A DNA stretch of 11,321 nucleotides from Naegleria gruberi (lineage: Eukaryota): assembly GCA_000004985.1 (NCBI GenBank), contig GG739012.1, one strand, 5' to 3'. Positions 1 through 8,000 of this stretch are shown here, one piece after another. Both the position numbers and the translations under genes were made by a program. Every line of letters begins with the position of its first letter. The first letter of the stretch is position 1. The notes below the pieces were generated by a model, which searched no databases, was not told where the DNA came from, and worked only from the letters and a program-made list of their open reading frames with translations.

Positions 1-38
1 CCACATTCTCACATGAAAGTTAAGGAAGTTGAACTTGT

Positions 39-83
39 CTATCAGAGAATTTGATTATTAAATGTTTCGAATATATAACATAC
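39..83 (-). other. Spliceosomal intron of 45 nt in the P450 gene (GTATGT...GATAG). A possible 26-nt micro-exon lies at 13-38 and continues the I-helix as TSSTSLTF, followed by a GTGAGA donor at 7-12.
   Basis: The minus strand reads GAG|GTATGTTATATATTCGAAACATTTAATAATCAAATTCTCTGATAG|ACAAGTTCAACTTCCTTAACTTTCAT|GTGAGA. Translating after the AG gives T-S-S-T-S-L-T-F, which completes AGFE-TSSTSL (the AGxETT I-helix signature). Without splicing the frame reaches TGA at 42-44. Confidence 0.55.
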
Positions 84-1097
84 CTCAAACCCAGCAAATA
101 AGACAATAAAAATAGCAGATAACAATTCAGACTTGGACAACTTTTCCTCCTCTTTTGTGGCAGCAGCAGATGATTTTAACAGCAAGGTCAATAAATCCTC
201 ATCATCCTTTTCTAGATAGGTATGATCATCGAATTCTTGTTGTTTCTTTTCAATCATAGAGTAGGTTGCTTGTTTGAATTTTTCCTTAGCATCTTTGTAT
301 CTTTTAAAGAAACCAAATGGGATAATCTCAAATAAATATTTTGGTAGTACGAAATTATAGATCAAACCATTGAGTAAGTTATTGATCCAATCATGAATTC
401 CATCTCTATGGGCAGCATCCTTATCAAAAATTCCAACATCATAATCAAAAGCAACTCTATTAATTACATCTAAAGTTATTGATTTGAGTTCATTACTAAT
501 GTTTACCTTTCTAATTGTACCATCTGATTCTGAGCCATAAATTGATTTCCAAAATTTGATCATCTTTTTGCATTCTTCAAGAGTAACTCTAAAGACGTTC
601 TTCAAGTGAGAAGAACTGCTGAATATTGGATTTGCTAGAGTTCTGTGCTTTCTCCAGATTGGATCATTGGAATCGGCTGAGAAAATATTCGGACCAAATA
701 TTCCAACTGGTTCGAACAAGTTTCCCTTTGAGACAGTCTTGTACTTTTTTACAAGGATTTCTCTAATCAAATTCTCATCATTTGAAATGTGAATTTGGCT
801 GAAAGTTCCAAGTTGAATTTTAACAACTTTAGCATTTGGATTATTCTTGAATGAATTTAGGGCACAATCATAAAGGTGATGAACATAAATCTTCCTATGA
901 ATCATACTATCAATCAGAGGAGGAAAAAAACTGACATATCCTGGTAAATGTTTAAATTTAAAGTAAATTGTAAAGAATGTAATTGTGTAGCGGATCAACA
1001 AATACGAAACAAGACAAACTATCAATAAAAATACATTGAAAAAAGACAGTGTAAACAATTGGTTGAATGAACCAATCAACCCGATCTCTTCTGTCAT
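84..1097 (-). CDS. Cytochrome P450, N-terminal about 338 aa, from the membrane anchor to the I-helix. The exon ends at a GAG|GTATGT donor.
   Basis: The minus-strand ORF begins MTEEIGLIGS... and has two hydrophobic N-terminal segments (LLIVCLVSYLLI, ITFFTIYF). A proline hinge FFPPLIDSM follows, then a P450-like GPNIFSADSNDPIWRKHRTLANPIFS segment. The exon ends ...SAIFIVLFAGFE directly at GTATGT, which fits the I-helix AGxE/TT motif being split by an intron. The reading frame is continuous from 1097 to 84. Confidence 0.85.
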
Positions 1098-1197
1098 TTT
1101 GATTCTGTGGTTGTTGTATTTTTTTTGAATAGTTCAAGGAGATGAGGATCAATTATTATTGGAAACCAAACTAATACATAAAACAAATTTAATTTAT

Positions 1198-1469
1198 TTA
1201 TTTGTTAGTAATTTGTAAACCACACAAAACATAACATCCTTCAATGAGGTTCATATCTTCATCATACATTTGAACACTTCTTAAAGATCCCTCTCTGAGA
1301 GCAGTAACTGGAATAATGTTTTCACAAACGAATTTGTCAGCTGAGACCTTATTCTTATCCCAAATTGAGATTTGGAGGTTGGCAAGATCAGGTGCAGCAA
1401 CATCAAACTCAAAACTTGTGTTATATGTTGGATTCCAACCATTATCCCAAACAGTAGCTGTACTGAAAG
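1198..1469 (-). CDS. Phosphoinositide-specific phospholipase C (delta-like), C-terminal end of the C2 domain with stop codon. The fragment runs into the 980-N gap upstream.
   Basis: The minus-strand translation is ...FSTATVWDNGWNPTYNTSFEFDVAAPDLANLQISIWDKNKVSADKFVCENIIPVTALREGSLRSVQMYDEDMNLIEGCYVLCGLQITNK*. It aligns with the PLC-delta C2 C-terminus ([31 protein letters not shown]...[22 protein letters not shown]). The stop TAA is at 1198-1200 on the minus strand. Confidence 0.8.
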
Positions 1470-2449
1470 NNNNNNNNNNNNNNNNNNNNNNNNNNNNNNN
1501 NNNNNNNNNNNNNNNNNNNNNNNNNNNNNNNNNNNNNNNNNNNNNNNNNNNNNNNNNNNNNNNNNNNNNNNNNNNNNNNNNNNNNNNNNNNNNNNNNNNN
1601 NNNNNNNNNNNNNNNNNNNNNNNNNNNNNNNNNNNNNNNNNNNNNNNNNNNNNNNNNNNNNNNNNNNNNNNNNNNNNNNNNNNNNNNNNNNNNNNNNNNN
1701 NNNNNNNNNNNNNNNNNNNNNNNNNNNNNNNNNNNNNNNNNNNNNNNNNNNNNNNNNNNNNNNNNNNNNNNNNNNNNNNNNNNNNNNNNNNNNNNNNNNN
1801 NNNNNNNNNNNNNNNNNNNNNNNNNNNNNNNNNNNNNNNNNNNNNNNNNNNNNNNNNNNNNNNNNNNNNNNNNNNNNNNNNNNNNNNNNNNNNNNNNNNN
1901 NNNNNNNNNNNNNNNNNNNNNNNNNNNNNNNNNNNNNNNNNNNNNNNNNNNNNNNNNNNNNNNNNNNNNNNNNNNNNNNNNNNNNNNNNNNNNNNNNNNN
2001 NNNNNNNNNNNNNNNNNNNNNNNNNNNNNNNNNNNNNNNNNNNNNNNNNNNNNNNNNNNNNNNNNNNNNNNNNNNNNNNNNNNNNNNNNNNNNNNNNNNN
2101 NNNNNNNNNNNNNNNNNNNNNNNNNNNNNNNNNNNNNNNNNNNNNNNNNNNNNNNNNNNNNNNNNNNNNNNNNNNNNNNNNNNNNNNNNNNNNNNNNNNN
2201 NNNNNNNNNNNNNNNNNNNNNNNNNNNNNNNNNNNNNNNNNNNNNNNNNNNNNNNNNNNNNNNNNNNNNNNNNNNNNNNNNNNNNNNNNNNNNNNNNNNN
2301 NNNNNNNNNNNNNNNNNNNNNNNNNNNNNNNNNNNNNNNNNNNNNNNNNNNNNNNNNNNNNNNNNNNNNNNNNNNNNNNNNNNNNNNNNNNNNNNNNNNN
2401 NNNNNNNNNNNNNNNNNNNNNNNNNNNNNNNNNNNNNNNNNNNNNNNNN
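1470..2449. other. Assembly gap of 980 N. It hides the PLC EF-hand remainder, the X and Y catalytic domains and most of the C2 domain.
   Basis: The stretch is an unbroken run of n. The PLC coding sequence enters it from both sides on the minus strand. Confidence 0.95.
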
Positions 2450-2457
2450 TGTTTATA

Positions 2458-2825
2458 TTAAGCTGATTTCATATTCAAGTTTTTGAAAAGTTTGTTGACT
2501 TCTTGAATGGATAATTTGTTATCATTATTTTCATCAGCCATCATCCAATATCTCATCATGATAACACTCATCGGAGGAGTATCTTTCAAGTGAATAGATC
2601 TTAACAAATAATTTAAAGAAACGAGGAAGGAAATAAATTCTTCTGTCTTTGAAAATATAATATCTAACTGTTCTTGAGCTGATCCATATTTAATTGTAAT
2701 GGTACGATCAACATTATATCCATGCTCCTTCTTCTTTGATTTTAAATGTTCTGCATACTTGAAGAAAGCTCCAGAATCGGTAAAGGAATTACCAGTGATA
2801 ACCTTTTTGATATCTTTCAATAAAA
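2458..2825 (-). CDS. PLC exon 2, covering the rest of the PH domain and the start of the first EF-hand. An in-frame TAA lies at 2458-2460, directly at the gap edge.
   Basis: The minus-strand translation after the AAAATAG acceptor is (V)LLKDIKKVITGNSFTDSGAFFKYAEHLKSKKKEHGYNVDRTITIKYGSAQEQLDIIFSKTEEFISFLVSLNYLLRSIHLKDTPPMSVIMMRYWMMADENNDNKLSIQEVNKLFKNLNMKSA*. The ADENNDNKLSIQEVNKLFKNLN segment matches the PLC-delta EF-hand start ([22 protein letters not shown]). IKKVITGNSFTD...FFKYAEH matches the PLC-delta PH domain (IQEVRMGHRTEGLEKFARD). Confidence 0.8.
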
Positions 2826-2879
2826 CTATTTTAAATAATAAATCCAATTAATTTTCAATTTTTCGTATTCAATACTAAC
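2826..2879 (-). other. 54-nt intron of the PLC gene (G|GTTAGT...AAAATAG), phase 1.
   Basis: The minus strand reads ...AAA GGA AAT G|GTTAGTATTGAATACGAAAAATTGAAAATTAATTGGATTTATTATTTAAAATAG|TT TTA TTG. Joining restores a continuous PH-domain reading frame: ...RKGN-V-LLKDIKK. Unspliced, a TAG falls immediately at the donor. Confidence 0.7.
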
Positions 2880-3141
2880 CATTTCCTTTTCTTGATTTTT
2901 TCTTCTCTATTCTAAAGAATGTATAATTATCATCCAAAAAGATCATGTGTTTCTTTGGTTTGATCATCTTTTCCTTTGATTGTATATTTGCTTCGCAACC
3001 AAGTCCTTTCTTTAAAAGCTCCAAAGTTGATTTTACCATTGTGCTATCCCTAAAGTATCTATCAAATACTACATCACGTGTTTGTTCCGACAATTCTAAT
3101 AAATCAGATATCTCTGATATAGTCTTTGTCATTTGGGCCAT
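2880..3141 (-). CDS. PLC exon 1, from the start codon through the N-terminal half of the PH domain.
   Basis: The ATG is at 3139-3141 on the minus strand. The translation is MAQMTKTISEISDLLELSEQTRDVVFDRYFRDSTMVKSTLELLKKGLGCEANIQSKEKMIKPKKHMIFLDDNYTFFRIEKKKSRKGN. The STLELLKKGLGCEANIQSKEKMIKPKKHMIFLDDNYTFFRI segment aligns with the PLC-delta1 PH domain ([33 protein letters not shown]). Confidence 0.75.
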
Positions 3142-3621
3142 TTTCTCTTTACCTGTTTGTTATTGATAATAATCACAATATTATAATTAAATTAATTTTG
3201 TGTTGGCGATGACTATTGTTTGCAGTACTTTTTTTTGATGGTTGAAATTAACGGATGAATTTGGAAGCTGAAATGAACTTGCTATTGTTTAACTATAATA
3301 ACTCCTTCATCTCTTCTATCACTGAAGACGAATAATCCCACTTGGATGAGTTACCATTATACCGAGTATTCACCCAACAAGAATGAAAGGAAAGAATATG
3401 TATTACAAAGAAAAGGAAGATTAAAAAATCTAATTGCAGTTCAAGAATGGAATTTATGAGAATTTAAGAACAATGTCCTTCATAAATTATATTACTCGAT
3501 ATGATTATATCATAAAATACCAACAAATTAACAAATTGATTCAAGTATTGTTTACAACCTAAATTAAATACCTTAAACAGTCCCATCACCACAAAATATC
3601 CCAATATCCATTTATAGAACC
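3142..3621. promoter_or_regulatory. Divergent intergenic region, presumably a bidirectional promoter, between the PLC gene (minus strand, ATG 3141) and the D-lactate dehydrogenase gene (plus strand, ATG 3622).
   Basis: This 480-bp AT-rich non-coding stretch is flanked by two outward-facing start codons. I recognise no specific motifs. The call rests on position only. Confidence 0.35.
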
Positions 3622-3817
3622 ATGTTGTTTAAAAGAATCCTAAAAAAAATGTCTATAGTGAAGAGTTGCTCTCGAACGATCACATTCTTCAGCTCGAAAC
3701 CCTACGTAAAACAATCATTCAATGCTCTGAATGAAAAGGTGAATGAAAAATTCAGAAAAGATTATTCTTTTCTTCAACAATATTATTCTGGATCAAAATT
3801 GTTGATCGATTCGAAAG
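3622..3817 (+). CDS. D-lactate dehydrogenase (LdhA-type D-isomer-specific 2-hydroxyacid dehydrogenase), exon 1. It encodes an N-terminal extension with a basic, possibly organelle-targeting, leader and ends at the AAG|GTAAGA donor.
   Basis: The ORF reads MLFKRILKKMSIVKSCSRTITFFSSKPYVKQSFNALNEKVNEKFRKDYSFLQQYYSGSKLLIDSK(G). The leader is rich in K, R and S and has no acidic residues in its first 30 aa. The consensus donor AAAG|GTAAGA at 3818 is phase-compatible with the acceptor TTTTAG| at 3863: the codon G+GT gives Gly. Confidence 0.6.
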
Positions 3818-3863
3818 GTAAGATTGCTTCCGAACAAGTTTTGTATTGAGTGATTGGTTTTAG

Positions 3864-4136
3864 GTACTAGTCCGTATGATTATTTGCCAAATTATGAAAG
3901 ATTCATGTCGTATTCTGGTCCTTTTCATTTAAAATTTGTTGATGCTAGATTGACTGAATCGACTGTAGAACTTGCTGAACATTCTGATTTTGTATCTGTG
4001 TTTGTGAATGATTGTTTGAATAGAAATGTATTACAGACATTGAGTCACAAGTATGGAATTAAATGTGTTGCCCTGAGAAGTGCTGGATTTAACAATGTTG
4101 ATTTGTCAGCAGCAAGTGAATTTGGAGTGAAAGTTT
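3864..4136 (+). CDS. ldhA-like: D-lactate dehydrogenase exon 2, covering the N-terminal substrate-binding domain. It runs into a 50-N gap.
   Basis: The translation is (G)[90 protein letters not shown]. It aligns nearly residue-for-residue with E. coli LdhA, from STKQYDKKYLQQVNESFGFELEFFDFLLTEKTAKTANGCEAVCIFVNDDGSRPVLEEL to [27 protein letters not shown]. Confidence 0.85.
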
Positions 4137-4186
4137 NNNNNNNNNNNNNNNNNNNNNNNNNNNNNNNNNNNNNNNNNNNNNNNNNN
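4137..4186. other. 50-N gap of unknown true size. It hides the NAD-binding and catalytic core of the D-lactate dehydrogenase, about 200 codons.
   Basis: The sequence before the gap ends at LdhA residue about 95. The sequence after it resumes at about residue 290. Confidence 0.9.
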
Positions 4187-4346
4187 ACCTTCACAAGATT
4201 ATTGACATTCCCTAATGTAATTGTAACANCCTCATCAAGCTTTCTTTACTCAAGAGGCAATTTCTAACATTGCACAAACAACGCTTGAGAGTCTTTACAG
4301 TTTTGATATTAGTGGTCAAATCAAACAACCAAATGTTTTGAACTAA
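4187..4346 (+). CDS. ldhA-like: D-lactate dehydrogenase C-terminal segment with stop codon. An apparent +1 frameshift falls at the ambiguous base 4229.
   Basis: Frame 2 gives [14 protein letters not shown] up to 4228. Frame 3 from 4230 gives [38 protein letters not shown] with TAA at 4344-4346. Joined without the n, this is [33 protein letters not shown], which matches E. coli LdhA RLSACHNVLFTGHQAFLTAEALTSISQTTLQNL. Confidence 0.8.
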
Positions 4347-4378
4347 TAATAATATTTCAAATTTATCAGAGAATTTTC

Positions 4379-4403
4379 TTATTTACACTTATTAAGAAAT
4401 CAG
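4379..4403. repeat. Copy A of a 25-nt motif, TTATTTACACTTATTAAGAAATCAG. It lies about 35 nt downstream of the D-LDH stop codon.
   Basis: It matches copy B (4575-4599, TTATTTACACTAATTTACAAATCAG) at 22 of 25 positions, and the first 11 nt are identical. Confidence 0.5.
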
Positions 4404-4574
4404 GTCCTAGCTTTTCCAATTTGAGATGCATCTAAAATGGAATCCTTTACATCCTTAGCATCCAAATTTCTGATAGATCCAAAGAAAAAGACTAAACGCA
4501 AGTAAACTACACTATTTGATTTTAAGGAATAAATAGAAACAACCCATCTATCGCAGTTTGAAAATTTGATAATT

Positions 4575-4599
4575 TTATTTACACTAATTTACAAATCAG
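4575..4599. repeat. Copy B of the same 25-nt motif. It overlaps the stop codon and 3' end of the second P450 gene.
   Basis: See copy A. Both copies sit in the 240-bp convergent 3' intergenic region between the D-LDH and P450 genes. Confidence 0.5.
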
Positions 4600-5020
4600 A
4601 TCTTGGTTTGAGCATGATGTGCATATTATCTGGTCTTACTGTGACACCAGGTACTTCAACCACTCTTTCCTTTGGATTGGTTTCATCATTGGTCAATTCC
4701 AATTCATAGAATTGGAGCAATCTTACAAGCATGACAAATGCTTCGATTTGAGCAAACTTGAATCCAATACACTTTCTATTACCCATAGAGAATGGAATCC
4801 AGGTAAAATTGTGTTGAATTCTCAATTGTTCTTCAGCATCCATTGGATATCTTTCAGGAATGAATTCTAATGGTTTCTCCCAATTCTTTTCACTTCTATT
4901 GGCAGCAAAAATGTTAATGTGAATGGTAGTATCCTTTGGAATGGAAAATTCACCCAAGGTAGTACTCTTCTTAGCAACTCTAAAAACATTGACAACTGGT
5001 GGATGCAAACGAAGAGCTCC
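4589..5020 (-). CDS. Cytochrome P450 number 2, C-terminal exon carrying the K-helix ExxR region, the PERF-like motif and the heme-binding cysteine loop. It continues into the 3959-N gap.
   Basis: The minus-strand translation is GALRLHPPVVNVFRVAKKSTTLGEFSIPKDTTIHINIFAANRSEKNWEKPLEFIPERYPMDAEEQLRIQHNFTWIPFSMGNRKCIGFKFAQIEAFVMLVRLLQFYELELTNDETNPKERVVEVPGVTVRPDNMHIMLKPRSDL*. FSMGNRKCIG is the FxxGxRxCxG heme ligand signature, PERY is a PERF variant, and LRLHPP is the conserved post-ExxR segment. The stop TAA is at 4589-4591 on the minus strand. Confidence 0.9.
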   Translation of the reverse strand, partial: GALRLHPPVVNVFRVAKKSTTLGEFSIPKDTTIHINIFAANRSEKNWEKPLEFIPERYPMDAEEQLRIQHNFTWIPFSMGNRKCIGFKFAQIEAFVMLVRLLQFYELELTNDETNPKERVVEVPGVTVRPDNMHIMLKPRSDL

Positions 5021-8000
5021 NNNNNNNNNNNNNNNNNNNNNNNNNNNNNNNNNNNNNNNNNNNNNNNNNNNNNNNNNNNNNNNNNNNNNNNNNNNNNNNN
5101 NNNNNNNNNNNNNNNNNNNNNNNNNNNNNNNNNNNNNNNNNNNNNNNNNNNNNNNNNNNNNNNNNNNNNNNNNNNNNNNNNNNNNNNNNNNNNNNNNNNN
5201 NNNNNNNNNNNNNNNNNNNNNNNNNNNNNNNNNNNNNNNNNNNNNNNNNNNNNNNNNNNNNNNNNNNNNNNNNNNNNNNNNNNNNNNNNNNNNNNNNNNN
5301 NNNNNNNNNNNNNNNNNNNNNNNNNNNNNNNNNNNNNNNNNNNNNNNNNNNNNNNNNNNNNNNNNNNNNNNNNNNNNNNNNNNNNNNNNNNNNNNNNNNN
5401 NNNNNNNNNNNNNNNNNNNNNNNNNNNNNNNNNNNNNNNNNNNNNNNNNNNNNNNNNNNNNNNNNNNNNNNNNNNNNNNNNNNNNNNNNNNNNNNNNNNN
5501 NNNNNNNNNNNNNNNNNNNNNNNNNNNNNNNNNNNNNNNNNNNNNNNNNNNNNNNNNNNNNNNNNNNNNNNNNNNNNNNNNNNNNNNNNNNNNNNNNNNN
5601 NNNNNNNNNNNNNNNNNNNNNNNNNNNNNNNNNNNNNNNNNNNNNNNNNNNNNNNNNNNNNNNNNNNNNNNNNNNNNNNNNNNNNNNNNNNNNNNNNNNN
5701 NNNNNNNNNNNNNNNNNNNNNNNNNNNNNNNNNNNNNNNNNNNNNNNNNNNNNNNNNNNNNNNNNNNNNNNNNNNNNNNNNNNNNNNNNNNNNNNNNNNN
5801 NNNNNNNNNNNNNNNNNNNNNNNNNNNNNNNNNNNNNNNNNNNNNNNNNNNNNNNNNNNNNNNNNNNNNNNNNNNNNNNNNNNNNNNNNNNNNNNNNNNN
5901 NNNNNNNNNNNNNNNNNNNNNNNNNNNNNNNNNNNNNNNNNNNNNNNNNNNNNNNNNNNNNNNNNNNNNNNNNNNNNNNNNNNNNNNNNNNNNNNNNNNN
6001 NNNNNNNNNNNNNNNNNNNNNNNNNNNNNNNNNNNNNNNNNNNNNNNNNNNNNNNNNNNNNNNNNNNNNNNNNNNNNNNNNNNNNNNNNNNNNNNNNNNN
6101 NNNNNNNNNNNNNNNNNNNNNNNNNNNNNNNNNNNNNNNNNNNNNNNNNNNNNNNNNNNNNNNNNNNNNNNNNNNNNNNNNNNNNNNNNNNNNNNNNNNN
6201 NNNNNNNNNNNNNNNNNNNNNNNNNNNNNNNNNNNNNNNNNNNNNNNNNNNNNNNNNNNNNNNNNNNNNNNNNNNNNNNNNNNNNNNNNNNNNNNNNNNN
6301 NNNNNNNNNNNNNNNNNNNNNNNNNNNNNNNNNNNNNNNNNNNNNNNNNNNNNNNNNNNNNNNNNNNNNNNNNNNNNNNNNNNNNNNNNNNNNNNNNNNN
6401 NNNNNNNNNNNNNNNNNNNNNNNNNNNNNNNNNNNNNNNNNNNNNNNNNNNNNNNNNNNNNNNNNNNNNNNNNNNNNNNNNNNNNNNNNNNNNNNNNNNN
6501 NNNNNNNNNNNNNNNNNNNNNNNNNNNNNNNNNNNNNNNNNNNNNNNNNNNNNNNNNNNNNNNNNNNNNNNNNNNNNNNNNNNNNNNNNNNNNNNNNNNN
6601 NNNNNNNNNNNNNNNNNNNNNNNNNNNNNNNNNNNNNNNNNNNNNNNNNNNNNNNNNNNNNNNNNNNNNNNNNNNNNNNNNNNNNNNNNNNNNNNNNNNN
6701 NNNNNNNNNNNNNNNNNNNNNNNNNNNNNNNNNNNNNNNNNNNNNNNNNNNNNNNNNNNNNNNNNNNNNNNNNNNNNNNNNNNNNNNNNNNNNNNNNNNN
6801 NNNNNNNNNNNNNNNNNNNNNNNNNNNNNNNNNNNNNNNNNNNNNNNNNNNNNNNNNNNNNNNNNNNNNNNNNNNNNNNNNNNNNNNNNNNNNNNNNNNN
6901 NNNNNNNNNNNNNNNNNNNNNNNNNNNNNNNNNNNNNNNNNNNNNNNNNNNNNNNNNNNNNNNNNNNNNNNNNNNNNNNNNNNNNNNNNNNNNNNNNNNN
7001 NNNNNNNNNNNNNNNNNNNNNNNNNNNNNNNNNNNNNNNNNNNNNNNNNNNNNNNNNNNNNNNNNNNNNNNNNNNNNNNNNNNNNNNNNNNNNNNNNNNN
7101 NNNNNNNNNNNNNNNNNNNNNNNNNNNNNNNNNNNNNNNNNNNNNNNNNNNNNNNNNNNNNNNNNNNNNNNNNNNNNNNNNNNNNNNNNNNNNNNNNNNN
7201 NNNNNNNNNNNNNNNNNNNNNNNNNNNNNNNNNNNNNNNNNNNNNNNNNNNNNNNNNNNNNNNNNNNNNNNNNNNNNNNNNNNNNNNNNNNNNNNNNNNN
7301 NNNNNNNNNNNNNNNNNNNNNNNNNNNNNNNNNNNNNNNNNNNNNNNNNNNNNNNNNNNNNNNNNNNNNNNNNNNNNNNNNNNNNNNNNNNNNNNNNNNN
7401 NNNNNNNNNNNNNNNNNNNNNNNNNNNNNNNNNNNNNNNNNNNNNNNNNNNNNNNNNNNNNNNNNNNNNNNNNNNNNNNNNNNNNNNNNNNNNNNNNNNN
7501 NNNNNNNNNNNNNNNNNNNNNNNNNNNNNNNNNNNNNNNNNNNNNNNNNNNNNNNNNNNNNNNNNNNNNNNNNNNNNNNNNNNNNNNNNNNNNNNNNNNN
7601 NNNNNNNNNNNNNNNNNNNNNNNNNNNNNNNNNNNNNNNNNNNNNNNNNNNNNNNNNNNNNNNNNNNNNNNNNNNNNNNNNNNNNNNNNNNNNNNNNNNN
7701 NNNNNNNNNNNNNNNNNNNNNNNNNNNNNNNNNNNNNNNNNNNNNNNNNNNNNNNNNNNNNNNNNNNNNNNNNNNNNNNNNNNNNNNNNNNNNNNNNNNN
7801 NNNNNNNNNNNNNNNNNNNNNNNNNNNNNNNNNNNNNNNNNNNNNNNNNNNNNNNNNNNNNNNNNNNNNNNNNNNNNNNNNNNNNNNNNNNNNNNNNNNN
7901 NNNNNNNNNNNNNNNNNNNNNNNNNNNNNNNNNNNNNNNNNNNNNNNNNNNNNNNNNNNNNNNNNNNNNNNNNNNNNNNNNNNNNNNNNNNNNNNNNNNN

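Noticed and set aside
958-1152. Minus-strand 64-aa ORF overlapping the P450 start region
   Set aside because: It sits in an alternative frame over the P450 N-terminus and the upstream spacer. It is low-complexity and has no motifs, so it is a chance ORF.
2945-3166. Plus-strand 73-aa ORF
   Set aside because: It is antisense to PLC exon 1, whose PH-domain homology is clear. It is a typical AT-rich antisense ORF.
4619-4870. Plus-strand 83-aa ORF
   Set aside because: It is antisense to the heme-binding exon of P450 number 2.
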